Origin: the human T2T-CHM13v2.0 reference genome, Homo sapiens
Direction: 5' to 3' (one strand)
DNA length: 64,000 nt
Assembly (NCBI RefSeq): GCF_009914755.1
Contig: NC_060946.1
Shown: in pieces, positions 44,212 to 61,018 of the stretch
Numbering within the stretch: the stretch's first letter is position 1
How the letters are laid out: each line of letters starts with the position of its first letter
Made by a program: the position numbers and the translations under genes
The notes under the pieces: generated by a model
Database searches by the model: none
What the model saw: the letters and a program-made list of their open reading frames with translations, nothing else
Told to the model about the DNA's origin: nothing

Positions 44212-44370
44212 GGTGTTTGAGATGGACCTTGAAATGACCGTGAAAGGAAATGGTTGGGGGTAGAGGGAGGAAAGGGTGTTCCCAGTAGGCAGAGGGAATG
44301 GCTTGAGAAGAGGCTGGGCTTGGGAGGAGACTGTGCTGAGGGTGCCTCTTGTGCAACACAGCTTGGCCAG

Positions 44371-44501
44371 CACTCACAGGCAGGACACACCACACATCTT
44401 TCCTGCCACCCTCCTCTGCACCCAGGGACACACACGCATCTCTCTGGGCAGGGGCACACTCAGAAGCTGAGACTTCTGTACACCTCCCAAACCTGACAAC
44501 A
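44371..44501 (+). repeat. Copy A of a ~130-bp dispersed direct repeat (partner 45598-45738)
   Basis: Shared exact blocks CACACCACACATCT, GCACCCAGGGA, CTGGGCAGGG, CAGAAGCTGAGACTT, CACCTCCCAAACCT. Confidence 0.92.
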
Positions 44502-45219
44502 ATGTGTGCTGAGATGTTAGGGATGATGTGGGACCTAAGGTGGCAAAGATGGGCTGCGGTCATTTCTGGGAGGGCTCTGATCGTCCTGGTAGAAAGTGGG
44601 GTTAGAGTAAGGCAGGGAACCTGTTCAAGTGTAGACAAAGAGAGAAGAGTTCATTAGGAATTTACAGCTTTGAGTAAACAAGGACCGAGAGTAGGTTTTT
44701 CAGAGGGGAGGAAGGAAGGCGGGAAAGGAATGAGCACTTGGGCAGAGCTGAGAAAGATGGGGACTCTGTTGACCTGCCCCAACCGGGGAATGGTGGAGCA
44801 GGGAGAAGTGTGGGAGCACAGACTCATGAACTTGCCACAAAAGAATCACAGAATTTCTGATGTGGAAGAGGCTTTGGTGCTACCCAGTTTAACCCCCTTA
44901 TGTTATGGAGGACACTGGGTGCCCCGAGTGTGGAGGTGCGGGCACCAATCCTAGGGTGACAAAGCTGTCGTTTTATCTTCCACAGCGTCTATCATGTAGT
45001 AGGTATTTGGTGAATGTGTGTTGAAACGATGAAAATGTTGACTTCTACCTAGAACTGACCTCGTAAAATGGAAAATGAGGTCCCTGGACACCTGGTTGGT
45101 TGGCAATAATTTCCATGTAAAGGTGTTGTCTCCCTGCACCCCCAGCTTTGGAGGAAGCCCCCAGATGATGCTCTTATGCCCCCACACAGAGTCTCAGTTC
45201 CCATGGAGGGCCTGCCACT

Positions 45220-45420
45220 GGCTGGGGCGTCGAGGGGTAGCGAGCTGTGCGGTTCCTCCTTCCCTCCCACCCACCCTCCCGGGGTCGTTGTGTAAGTGGG
45301 GGGTGGCAGTGCGGCGGGCGGGTAACTTCCTGCAACAGCGGCAGGGCTGGGCATCCGAGCTGGCACGGTTCAAGTGCACCACAGCATTCTGAACATTTGG
45401 GAACACAGGAAGGGCTGCGT
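45220..45420. promoter_or_regulatory. Small CpG-rich candidate cis-regulatory element
   Basis: 13 CpGs in 200 bp outside any recognised repeat; GC box GGGCGG, CCACCC boxes, ETS-type ACTTCCTG. Confidence 0.45.
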
Positions 45421-45597
45421 TTTTTAAGCTCCCTTTGTTTTCAAGGAGGGGCCAGAGTCCATGGGGAGGAAAGAAACAAAACCAGGAAAACAGATGACTT
45501 GCTTTGCAAAGATAGTGTGTACGTATGCTGCAGCTTCTGTGAGCCCTAATGCTCTGCTGTCCCTCTACACTTATGCACACCTACACACCCTGACGCA

Positions 45598-46286
<689 letters not shown>

Positions 46287-46746
46287 AGAGGAATGTTTTT
46301 ACCAGGGGTCCAGGGAGCCTGCACACCCTCAGCCCTGCTCTCGGCTACCAGAAGAGTGTGGGCAGGCAAGATACAGTTCCAAAAGGCTCCACAGAGAGGG
46401 GCCAATGAGTCCTTTTGCTTTTCCCCTTGCTCTTGATGTTAGTGTTTCTAGAAGCTTCCATGTAGTGCCCTCATTTAATTTACAAGTTTGAATTCTTCTT
46501 TCACAAGGTATATTGAAGACCATTACTGGAAGTGAGGGGAGATGAGGAGGAAGAGGCCCTGGAAGGACATCTGGGACTGGTGGGAACAGCAGCTGGATTA
46601 CCTGCTCCTGCCTGGGGATTTCTCTACATTCCCAAGCTGGTGCTGACAAAGTGCAGCCCCAAAGAGGCTGGGCCAGAGAGATTGGAAGAAGAGCTCTCAG
46701 GGGACTCCCACAATTCCTCTGACAATAAAATGAGACAGAGAGGTTA

Positions 46747-47017
<271 letters not shown>

Positions 47018-48086
47018 TCAATTTCCCTCGTTGTAACTGAAAAGTGGGGGCCTTTTCTCTGAAGGAAGAGGCTGTGGTCTCCCAGGTGCCCTGTTGGGCT
47101 CTTTAGGGAGGGACTTAGACCCAGGAGGGCTCCTAGACCTGGGCAGGTAGAATTGCTCCGCCTGATAGAAAGAGAACCTGGAGCTCTCCAGGCAAGCTGG
47201 GCAGGTTTATGAGCTCGGAGCCTGAGAGGTGAAAGGTGAAGCTCCTCCCCTTCTGCTCTGACCCTGTCATGTGTGCTCCCCAAATATTTGGTGAAATCCA
47301 TCCCACTCAGAAATCGCTTTGGATTTGAGCGTGGGATCTGGGTCAGTGATAGCAACAGAGCAGCCCTCGAGGTAGGAACAGAGGCTTCCCCATCCTCTAG
47401 GAATTTGCATAAATATACTAGGAGATTGTGAAATGAATGAAAGTCCAAGAAAATCACATCTAGATCTGTGAGGCAAGGAGAGAGGCCCAGATGCCATCTG
47501 GGTAACATATGGGAAAGTGTTTGCAAACTTTAACCACTACGTAATGCAAAGAATCATTTGCTATCCTTGTTATATACAAAAATCTTCATCAAAATGTTTG
47601 CATTGAGCAGTTGAACCTAATGATGAAAGAGGCTTGCAAGAGCAGGCTGGCCGGGTCAGCCCTGGGACAGCCAGCCCAGGCTTTCTCAGGCAGGCGGCAC
47701 GGTGTGGACGAGAGGTTGGTGGGCAGGGATTGGCTTCCTGGGTCCAAACACCTCCTTTTTCTCTTACTATCTTTCTTGTCTTTCACAGGTTTATTTAAAC
47801 GCTTTATAAACTTTTTTCTTTGTATTTTGCCAGAGCCATCCCCTGGGAGCCTCTTTGCAATCTTCCTTCTCGTCCAGCTCCCAGTATAAGTCACCTCCTT
47901 CAAAGCTCTTTGAATCCTGATGGTGCCCTTGACTGGGAGAGGCCACATAGTGGGGTGGTTAAGAGCATGTACCCTGGAGGGGAACAGAGCTGGATGATCA
48001 GGGCCAGGACTAGGGTAAGGAGGGTGAGACCTGAAAATTAAATAAAAATGAAAATGAAATGAGATGAAAATTAAATAAAAATCTGA

Positions 48087-48443
<357 letters not shown>

Positions 48444-48454
48444 GTATGTATGTA

Positions 48455-48563
48455 TTTTTAGAGATGGGGTCTTGCCATGTTACCCAGGTTGGGTTAAAGT
48501 GATCCTCCTGCCTCAGCCTTCCAAATAGCTGAGGCTACACGTATGTCCCACTGTTCCTGGCCT
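48455..48563 (-). mobile_element. FLAM/AluJ left-monomer fragment
   Basis: agagatggggtcttgccatgtt...gtgatcctcctgcctcagcc...cctggcc. Confidence 0.8.
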
Positions 48564-49173
48564 TATTATTGTGATATTTAAGTAAATGAATATCAATGTA
48601 AATAAATTCATGATGAGCAAAATACTAATATTTTAATGAAGATAGGATCCAACCCTACATTTGCATAACCCTGTCTCACTTGCCTGCCCTGATCTGGTCC
48701 TTTCTGAATTTGTATCTCGGCTCTGCCTCTTATTAGCTGGGGCACACTTTTAAAAAACTGATGTGCACGTTACAAACAGTAAAATGAATACTTTTAAAGA
48801 GTACAGATCAATAAATGTTTATATACGTGCACAGCTATGTGACCAACACTTAATCAAGACATAGGCCATTTCCATCTCTGCGGCAAGTTTCCCCTTAGGA
48901 CTTCCTCTTGCTTAAAATGCTTCAGTGGGTGTTCACTGCTGTCAAGATAAACATCAAATCCTTTTGTCCTGGCCCCTTCACAGGCTACAGGTGTGTTCCC
49001 TACTGTTCTATGAGAAGCCAAATACAGGTGTTTGACCTGAAAACACCAGTATATCTAGCACATCCCACTGCTGAGCCTCTCAAAGCTGACCTTGGCTCTG
49101 AATTTAACAGCAACTCGGATTCCAACCCTAATGCTAACCTCAGCCAGAGGGATGTTTAAAAATACCTGCAGAG

Positions 49174-49561
<388 letters not shown>

Positions 49562-49799
49562 TTAGGCTCTTAAATCATTGAGCACATCCTCTGTATGGCT
49601 CTGCTTAAGGCTGAAGTCTGCAAATCCTAAAGTTCCTTCAGGGACAAGAAGGAAAGAAAAATAAATTCACCTGGAGTCAAGTAATTTCACAGATCTTTAA
49701 AGCAGGAAGGACCTTAGGAAACCACCTGATACAACTCTGGGCTTTTGAAAATGAGCAACCTTAGAATTGCTGTGTCTTTCCTAAGGTTGCAGTAGTATA

Positions 49800-50040
49800 A
49801 TAATTACACCTTTTATTGAGAAACTACTATGTGCCAGGCATCAAAGTGCTTTACATTCAATATCTCATTTAATCCTCCCACCATCCTATGAGGTAGGTAC
49901 TGTTAAGATTTTCCGCTTTACAGATGAAGACATTGAGGTCCAGAGAGGGTGAGTAACTTGCCCAAAGTAATACAGCAACAAGCGGTGATGTATTATTTGA
50001 ACCCAGCATGATCAGACTCCAGCACCTCCACTCTAAAGCC
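49800..50040 (-). mobile_element. MIR, near full length
   Basis: tactatgtgccaggca...ctcatttaatcct...tttacagatgaaga...gtaacttgccca. Confidence 0.88.
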
Positions 50041-51119
50041 TGCATTGCCCAAGCCAGAGCCCTTTTATGTCACCAAAGGCAGGGAACAAATAGTCTATGA
50101 GGTGAGGAATTTGCCTTTGGCTCTTAGATTGACTTCCTATAAAAACAAGACAGAGAGTGAAGAGCCAGGATCTGTGGGTTTACTAGGCGCCGGAGGGATG
50201 CTGAAGGGGAAGATAGTGGCTGCCCTAGACAGATAAAGGTCTTGTGGCAATTCCTGGACTGGGGGCCTCATTGCTCAATGCAGGGGTATTGGCAGTATGT
50301 GAGTGGGCCTGCGCCCATATCACCAGGCAGGGTGTGGAGCCCTGGGTGTTCCAGCATACACTGCCAGGAGGGGTTGGTGAATCTCCCAGGACATTGCAGG
50401 CAGCAGCTTAATGTTAGGAAAAGAGACTTGAACTGGCAACCTGGACCTGGGCTTCTGCTGTCCACTGGGCAGTGTGCTATGGCGGTGAGAGCTCTTGCCT
50501 GGGCGTTTAGAATCCCAGCTCTGATATTTACTTGTATGGGATCTTGGGCAAATTACTTCCTCTTCAGGGTCTCAGTGGCTGATCCACAAACAAGACCATG
50601 TTTGTGAGTGGTGCAGTGTTTGATAAATCCTAAACTAATGGGAAGTAGCCCTTGACCTTGGCCGAGACACCTTCCCTTTGGGGCCTTCGATCTTTCATCT
50701 GTGAACTAATGGGAGATGGGCCAGAGAATCTCCAAAGTTCCTTCCTGCCCTAAGGTTTGATGACTGAGAATCTGCAGCTTGGTGCTTAAAGGTTTGGGGC
50801 AGGAAGCTAGGGGCAGAGCAAAGGCCCTGTAGGCATTCAACAGCTGTTTGGCAATCATCCTCCTTAGCCTTTCCCTTCCTATTTACTTCTCAGCCTGGCT
50901 CAAGGTTTGATTGTATTACTGGTAGAAGAATTAACCCCAAACCCAGGGAAATCGCCACTTCACTGTGTTTTCTTACTGTCATTTTCTATTAACGTGACGC
51001 ATACAGGGTTTGCAAGACCCGGGGACCGCCGTGGATGTCTTTGGCTTCTAATTCCATTAGTTCATCGGGTAGTTATGGATAATAACACAAAGCCTGTCAT
51101 TTGGCCAGCACTTGAGAAT

Positions 51120-51345
51120 TTATATAGTGGTCAAGCGTGTTCATTCCGAAGCCACAACCCATGGGTTCTCACCCGGCTCCTTCACATACAGGCTCATGAC
51201 GTTAGGCAAATTACTTCTCCACTCTGAACCTTGGTTTCCTCATTTACCAAATGGGAGGAATAACCGCACATTGCCTCATAGGGCTGCTGTAAAGATGAAG
51301 GGATTTGACGTCATGTACGGCACTTAGCACCAGACTCATAGTCAT
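51120..51345 (+). mobile_element. MIR
   Basis: ggcaaattactt...ggtttcctcattt...cctcatagggctgctgt. Confidence 0.75.
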
Positions 51346-51788
51346 AACTAAATCATCAGTTATTATTTTTACGAAATACTTCATATTCATTTTCTGACTT
51401 GTCACACCCATCACCTCCATCAGACTGCTTTGATTTTATTATCCTGATTTTTGAGCGGAGCAAACAGACTCCGAGGAACAGTGACTTGTCCCGGGTCACA
51501 CAGTTAAGTGGCAGAGCCCCTGGGGTTCTAACCTGGGGTTCCTGAAACCTAGGATAGGCCATGTTCCACTGTCTCCCCCTGCCCTTCCCCCAGGACCAAA
51601 TTTCTCTGTGGAATAATAAGGTAATATTGGATGAAGTACCCCCAAAACAAGGTTGGTCCTACGTGCGTAGGCATTAAGAAAAGAGGGGAATCCTAGTTGT
51701 TGGGAAGGCCTTTGGGCCTCAGGTGGTACGCCGAGGACAGCAGATTTTGACCTCCGAGGCAGAGGGAGCAAGGAAAGGAAAAATAATC

Positions 51789-52085
51789 TTTTTTTAAATT
51801 TTGAGACAGAGTCTTGCTTTGTCACCTAGGCTGGAGTGCAGTGATGTGATCACAGCTCCCTGCAGCCTCGACCTCCCAGGTCCAAGCAAGCCTCCTACCT
51901 CAGCCTCCCAAAGTAGCTGGGACCACAGGTGCGTTTTTCTCAATCTCATTTTTTTTTTCTTTTTTTTGTAGAGAAGGATTTTTGCCATGTTGCCCAGGCT
52001 GGTCTTGAACTCCTGGGCTCAAGCAATCCATCTACCTCGGCCTCCCAAAGTGCTAGGATTACAGGTGTGAGCCACCCAACCTGGC
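51789..52085 (-). mobile_element. AluJ
   Basis: J motifs gcagcctcgacctccc, ctcctgggctcaagcaatcc. Confidence 0.92.
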
Positions 52086-52224
52086 ACAAAAAAAGGCATC
52101 CTAGGAGGGAGCTGGCACCGGCAAAGACTTGGTTTTAGAAATGGACAGCCTACTTAGAGGACCATCAAGGGACTGCCACTGGGACAGAGGGCTCTTGGAG
52201 GGAAGTTGTAAGAGATAAAAATGG

Positions 52225-52490
52225 AAGCAATACTTGCTAACATTTACTGAATGCTTACAAGGTACTGCTCTGATCACTTTATATGTATACGTAATAACTT
52301 ACTAAAGTCTCATAACTGTTTTTCCAGGTAGGAACCAATATTATCCCTGTTGTATAGATAAGGAAACTGGAGGCACAGAGAGGTTTAAGTAACTCATCTG
52401 TGGCTACAAAGCTGATAAACAGCCGAGCCACTATTCAAACTCAGCAGGCAGTCTGGCACCAGAATCTATGTTCCGAACCACTAGACGATA
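52225..52490 (-). mobile_element. MIR
   Basis: gctaacatttactgaatgcttac...agataaggaaactggaggcacagagagg. Confidence 0.82.
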
Positions 52491-52984
52491 GCATCTGACT
52501 CAATAGAAGCATGATCACCCAAATCAGTTCAGGATTCTTGGCATCTTCTGCTACTTGCTGTGGCACTGAATTCAAATATATGTTCCTGTATTCACAGAGG
52601 CAACGTAGAGATAGTGCATATGGGAATGAGGGGTTGACGGCATCCGTGAAAAGGATTCTCAGTTAAGATCTAAAATGCATATCTGACCAGGGCACTCTAA
52701 CTCAAAATCACTAGACAGCTCGGCACCACCTCCAGAAATACAAGTGTCTGTGGTTCCCTCCCTGCGAGGGGTTTCATGGCTTCCTTGTTTTTTGTTCACG
52801 CTGTTCCCCTTTTGTCCTCTTCCTCATCTAACTATTACTTCTCTTTCAGGACTGCCCTCCAGCATCACCTCTGCCCCAGGAATCCCTTCTTGGTTTCCCC
52901 AGGCTGGCTTCCAGGCCCTTTCAGTGCTCCGGAATCCCTTGGCCACCTCTGCCTTCCCACCCTGGGCAGAAATTATGTCTACTG

Positions 52985-53211
52985 CAAGCTTGTCCAACTT
53001 GTGGCCCGCCGGCCATGTGTGGCCCAGGACAGCTTTGAATGTGGCCCAACACAAATCTGTAAACTGTCTTAAAACATTATGAGATTTTTTTTGCAACTTT
53101 TTTTTTTTTAGCTCATCAGCTATCATTAGTGTTAGTTTATTTTATGTGTGGCCCTAGACAATTCTTCTTCTTCTAATGTAGCCCAGGGAAGCCAAAAGAT
53201 TAGACACCCCG
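52985..53211. mobile_element. MER30 (hAT-Charlie MITE)
   Basis: caagcttgtccaac...gccaaaagattagacacccc with perfect 8-bp TSD GTCTACTG (52977-52984 / 53212-53219). Confidence 0.9.
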
Positions 53212-53271
53212 GTCTACTGGGAGAACCCTCATGATGTTCTCAACTCTGTGCTTGTTGTATATCGGTCTACA

Positions 53272-53360
53272 TCTCCCATCCAAATACTAACCAGGCCCGA
53301 CCCTGCTTAGTTTCCAAGATCAGACAAGAGCGGTGTGTTAAGGGTGGTATGTCTGTAGGC
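53272..53360 (-). pseudogene. 5S rRNA pseudogene, 3'-truncated (about nt 1-90 of 5S)
   Basis: Minus strand GCCTACAGACATACCACCCTTAACACACCGCTCTTGTCTGATCTTGGAAACTAAGCAGGGTCGGGCCTGGTTAGTATTTGGATGGGAGA matches mammalian 5S with about a dozen changes. Confidence 0.95.
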
Positions 53361-53367
53361 TAATCTT

Positions 53368-53470
53368 TCTATCTATCTGTCTGTCTATCTATCTGTCTGT
53401 CTGTCTATCCATCCATCCATCTATCTAGTCTATCAGTCATCTATCTTCTATTTTCTATATGTATCTATCT
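53368..53470. repeat. Compound (TCTA/TCTG/TCCA)n tetranucleotide repeat
   Basis: Directly visible. Confidence 0.9.
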
Positions 53471-54281
53471 TCTCTCTTCTTTATTTTCCATCTTCAGAAT
53501 CTGGGGCTGTATTCGGCCTGTATTTGGGAAGCTCAGTAGATGTTGGTTGAACTAGGTGGATGAGCATTCCCAGTGACTATGATACAGGGAAATATTTACT
53601 CACAGCTGATGCTGAGTTAACCCACTACCTTCACTTATTTCAACCCAAATCAGAACATATCTGCAAACATTGGGGCCAGATATTTGAAATAGGGACATTC
53701 TAGGATATTAGAGCAAATATTTCACAGATGCTTTCAAGGTCCCTGGTGCAATGCTGGGTTTCTGTGGATGGTGAATTTCCTGGCATCTGGCTTAGTACTC
53801 GTTGTAGTGCAGGTGCTCAGCCGGTATGTGCTGGATGAATGACAGAGCCATGTTATACAGAAAACGCAGTTTGACGGTTGCTCTCTGGGACTCTGTTCTC
53901 CAAATCAGATGGAGGAGACAACTAAGTAGACTCCCAAATAAGCCATGCAAATTTCCCGAATCTCCCAAACTAAACCCAAACGTTATTTTTGTTTTAACTG
54001 AGTTAACTTTTTTCTTTAAAAAGACTTAAGAAAGAATGATAAAAGAAAGAGAAAAAATCCTCCTGATCCCTCCTTTGCTTGAAATCATTAGGCAGCTGCT
54101 CATTGGAACAAAACAAGATTTTTTGAACTTGAAACTCTACATACGTATTTTTTCCCTTAAGGTATCGATGTAGAAGGAATCTGACATTTTTGAATGTTGT
54201 CCCCAAAGAAATGAACCATATTTGTCATTCTGAGGAGCCTGCTAAGAACCCTGACAAGGACTGTTAGAAAATCAGAACCAC

Positions 54282-54625
<344 letters not shown>

Positions 54626-55334
54626 TCATCAGTCATTGGTAAAAGAGAAGATCCACCTTAAAAGTGGCTGTCCCCATGACGGGCCATTGCTAGATGGACT
54701 TGACACCTTGACCTCTCGCCATCTGCAATCAGTGAGGCTCAGTAATGGTGACCTTGATCCTGGGGGGATAATCATGGCTGAACACTCAGTATAGTTGGAA
54801 CTGGGCAGAAAACTTGGCCTAGGATCTAGACACTCTGAATTATTTCATTTTTCTTTGCCTTGGATATCTGAGAGCCCCAGAAAGAGAAACAGGCTCTCTA
54901 AAGCAGTGTCAGGAGATTTGGACACAGGCTCAGTCCTGACATTCATTTGCTATATGATCCTGCAATAGTCGCTCAACTCTTCTGGGTTTCAGCTCCTCTA
55001 TCTATAAAATGAGATGGTCAGATTAGACAGGTGGCTTTCAGTTTTTTCTTTTAAAGCAATTAACCTCTTTTTGAAAAAATAAAATTATAGCCAGTGTCCC
55101 AGTATATAGAACAGATAAAAGTAAGGCCACTCCACCCTGTCCCGCCTCCACCATAAACTTGACTCATCCTGCAGAGGTGGAGGTGCACAGTCTGAGAACC
55201 ACTGAACTAGAAATGACAGCAACAACAACAAAAATGAATCTTTACTGAATGCTCTTCTGTTCTACACAGGGAGTCCCTGCAGGGAGGAAGACGGTTGTGC
55301 CTGCAATTCTAAATCTTACCAGAGGCAAAGTGAA

Positions 55335-55590
55335 GTGTTGTAATAGAGAACCAATGTCTGGAGCCAGACTGCTTGGTTTCCATCCTGACACTCCTGCTTG
55401 CTAGCTGTGTGAGGCTGAGCAAGTTTTCTAACATCTCTGTGCCTCAGTTTCCTTAACTTCAAAACGAGGATGATGACGGTCCCACCATCATAGGGATGTT
55501 GTGAGGATGGAACAGAGTTATTATATCTAATGTGTTTAAAGTCTGCCGAATACACAGTCTGCGTGGTGGATATGTCAGGTATTATCATTA
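55335..55590 (+). mobile_element. MIR
   Basis: ctggagccagactgc...ctctgtgcctcagtttcct...catagggatgttgtgaggat. Confidence 0.85.
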
Positions 55591-55727
55591 ATTTCCACCT
55601 TCTCCCTGGGTTTTTGGTTTTGTTGTTTGCTTTTCTTTTTCAACTTGTCTTTTAGATTCAAGGGGCACATGTGCAGCTTTGTTACCTGGGCGTATTGCAT
55701 GATGCTGGGATGTTGGGATATGAATGA

Positions 55728-56093
<366 letters not shown>

Positions 56094-57034
56094 AACAGTT
56101 AGCTTTTCAACCCTTGTTTCCCTTCCTTCCCTCTTCCCTTTAGTAGTTCAGTGACTATTGTTGTCATCTTTATGTCCGTGAGTACTTCATGTTAGGTCCC
56201 ATTCATAAGTGAGAACATGCATTGTTTGGTTTACTGTTCTGCATTAACTTCCTTGGGATAAAAGCCTCCAGCTGCATCTATGTTGCTGCATAGGACATGA
56301 TTTTGTTCTTTTTAATGGCTGCATAGTATTCCATGGTGTGTGCGAACCACATTTCCTTTATCCAGGTCACTCTTGATGGGTGTCTATGTGATTCCATAAC
56401 TTTGTTACTGTGAATAGTGCTGCAATGAACACGTGAGTGCATGCGTCTTTTTGGTAGAATGATTTGTTTCCTTTTGGATATATATCCAGTAATGGCTGGG
56501 TTGAATGGTAGTTCTGTTTTAAGTTCTTTGAGAAATTTTCAAACTACTTTCCAGAGTGGCTGAATTAATTTACATTCCCACAGACAGTGTATAAACATTC
56601 CCTTTTCTCTGCAGCCTCACCAACATCTGTTGTTTTTTGACTTTTTGATAATAGCCATTCTGACCGATGTGAGATGGTATCTCATGGCGGTTTTGATTTG
56701 CATTTCTCTGATGATTAGTGATGATGAGCAGTTTTTCATATGTTTGTTGGCCTCTTGTATGTCTTCTTTTGAGAAGCATCTGTTAATGTCTTTTGACAAT
56801 TTTTTTAAATGGGGCTATCGGTTTTTTGGTTGTTCAATTGTTTAAATTCTGTATAGATTCCACATATTAGACCTTTGTCAGATGCATAGTTTGTGAATAT
56901 TTTCTCCCATTCTGTAAGTTGTCTGTTTACTCTGCTGATTGTTTATTTAGCTGTGCAGAAGTTCTTTAGTTTAATTAGGTCCCACTTGTCAATTTTTGTT
57001 TTTGTTGCAATTGCTTTTTAGGACTTACTCATAA

Positions 57035-57408
<374 letters not shown>

Positions 57409-57691
57409 CATTTTGGTTAATTTTTTTACATGGTGAAAGGTAGGAGTCCAGTTTCATTCTTCTGTATATGACTAGCCAGCTATCCCAGTATCATTTAGTG
57501 AATAAGGGAGTCCTTTCCCCATTGCTTATTTTTGGCAACTTTGTCAAAGATTAGATGGCTGTAGGTGTGCAGCTTTATTCCTGAGTTCTCTATTCTGTTC
57601 CATTGGTCTATGTGTCTGTTTTGTACCAGTACCATACTGTTTTGGTTACGGTAGCCTCTTTTGCTTCTTTCATGTTTGTGAATTAAGTTCC

Positions 57692-57999
57692 TTTTCTTTT
57701 TTTGAGACACGTTCTTACTCTGTTGCCCAGGATGGAATGTAGTAGTGTGATCATGGCTCAGTGGTGCTATCATAGCTCACTGCAGCCTCGATCTCCTGGC
57801 TCAAGTGATACTACCATCTCAGTCTCCCTAGTAGCTGGGACTATAGGTGCCACCACAGCTGGCTAACTTTTAAATATTTGTTTTGTAAAGGCAGGGTCTT
57901 GCTGTGTTTCCCAGGCTGGTCTCAAACTCCTGGCCTCAAGGAATCCTCCCACCTTGGCCTCCCAAAGTGCCTGGATTACAGGTGTGAGCCACCATGTCC
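57692..57999 (-). mobile_element. AluJ
   Basis: J motifs, diverged. Confidence 0.9.
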
Positions 58000-58069
58000 C
58001 TTTTCCTTGGATGAGTGCTGTTGTCAGAATCTGTGGTTTAGCACTGAATTGGATGACACTTTGTGTGGC

Positions 58070-58540
58070 TATTGGATGTTATAAAGTCCTATCCTCTTCC
58101 CATTTGATCCTGATCCAATTCTTCAGTCTCATGCTCTTGCTGCCACTCCTTTCTTCAATCCATATGTTCTAGAACTGCAAAACTGTTCTCTCCACAAACA
58201 CACAGGCCACTCTTGCCTATTTACCTTTGCACCTGCTTTCCTCCAACTGAAATGCTTTTTCTCTCCTCCCTCTGCCTGGTGAAGGACTATACTGTCTTCA
58301 AGTCTCCACTGAGGCCTCACCTCCTCCAGGAAGCCTTCCTTGGTACCCCACAAATCACGCTGGCTGCCTCCTCTGCCCATACTCCCAGGAATGAACCTCT
58401 ATTGTAGCATTTATCCCATGCCTCTCTGCTAGATTGTAAGCTCCTTGGAGGCAGGGACTGTGCCTTGTTTATTGTGTACTCAGAATCGACCAAAGTGCTG
58501 GCACAAGATGGCTGTTTAGAAAGGGTTGATGAATTAATGA
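58070..58540 (+). mobile_element. L2 3' end
   Basis: cacctcctccaggaagccttcct...ctagattgtaagctccttggaggcagggactgtg. Confidence 0.82.
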
Positions 58541-58741
58541 GACATTATTAATCTCATTTAGATCAAATTCTCCTTGAGAGATGACTTTAAGCTCCTAGGC
58601 CAGCGGTTTTTAAACTGTGTTCTTCAGAGAACTAGGGGTTCCACTAAGAAGCTGCAGGAGTACCACTGGGGTGGAGTAGGGGCTAAGCAGACAGGACTCC
58701 AGCCCCAGCTCCTCACAGTCTTCATAAATCTATTCATATTT

Positions 58742-59037
<296 letters not shown>

Positions 59038-59468
59038 CTATTCATATTTGTCAGATCACTTGGATTCATCTTTGATTTAGAAACAGAGTCACAGGGGTAT
59101 TATAAATAAGCATCGGGCTTCAAGTCAGAAGGCTCTGGTTTGCTACGTAGCTTAAGCTGGGTGTGCCTGGGCATTCGCCCAGGTCTCTGCCTCTGCAGCA
59201 AAACGAGGGTGACCAAACCAGCCCCACAGATTGATTATGAAGAGTAAATGTGGTCCCATGGCATCATCATATATGAGAAACACCTCAATACATTGAGCAC
59301 GAACGTCAACAATGGTGATTAAATTACAGGCAGTCAGGCAGGGCTGGCCTCTTTCTGACTTGTGATCTGAACCGTGGAGCTCACGTGTTCAGAATGAACA
59401 TCACCTCACTGGAGTTCAAGGCTCTGCAACTCGTACGTGCTTCAGAATCCCTGGGAAGCTAAACGTTA

Positions 59469-60151
<683 letters not shown>

Positions 60152-60168
60152 TTAAGTTTCCGGTTAAG

Positions 60169-60481
<313 letters not shown>

Positions 60482-60589
60482 TTAAGGATTCCAACCATTT
60501 TCTAGAAGGGCAATCCAAATCACAAGACTGTGAAAGGACTTAAGCCACACTCAGTGTCCTACCCCAAACTTTTTTTATTTTGATTTTGA

Positions 60590-60889
60590 TTTTTTATCTT
60601 TTTATTTATTTTTTTTAATTGAGATGGAGTCTTGCTCTGTCGCCCAGGCTGGAGTGCAGTGGCGCAATCGCGGCTCACTGCAAGCTCCGCCTCCTGGGTT
60701 CACGCTATTCTCCTGCCTCAGCCTCTCCGAGTAGCTGGGACTACAGGCGCCCCCACCACGCCTGGCTAATTTTTTGTATTTTTAGTCGAGATGGGGTTTC
60801 ACCGTGGTCTCGATCTCCTGACCTCGTGATCCGCCCGCCTCGGCCTCCCAAAGTGCTGGGATTACAAGCGTGAGCCACCGTACCCGGCC
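60590..60889 (-). mobile_element. AluY with 12-bp left-arm deletion (AluYd-like)
   Basis: ttcaccgt|ggtctcgatc lacks gttagccaggat at 60805/60806. Confidence 0.9.
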
Positions 60890-61018
60890 TTATTTTTATT
60901 TTTGAGATGGGGGTCTCACTATGTTGCCCAGGCTGTCTCGAACTCCTAAGCTCAAATGATCCTCCCACCTTGGCCTCTCAAATACTGGGATTACAGGCTT
61001 GAGCCACTGTGCTTGGCC
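60890..61018 (-). mobile_element. FLAM_C/AluJ monomer whose tail hosts the AluYd-like copy
   Basis: Monomer; outer TSD ccta(c/t)cccaaacttttt at ~60558 and ~61018. Confidence 0.85.

Noticed and set aside
45220-45420. Canonical CpG-island gene promoter
   Set aside because: Too short and no downstream exon recognised; kept only as a candidate element
53272-53360. Functional 5S rRNA gene
   Set aside because: Single, diverged copy missing ~30 nt of the 3' part and lacking a T-run terminator
53940-53965. Octamer ATGCAAAT followed by TTCCCGAA
   Set aside because: Isolated motif; TTC-N2-GAA is not a canonical STAT GAS spacing
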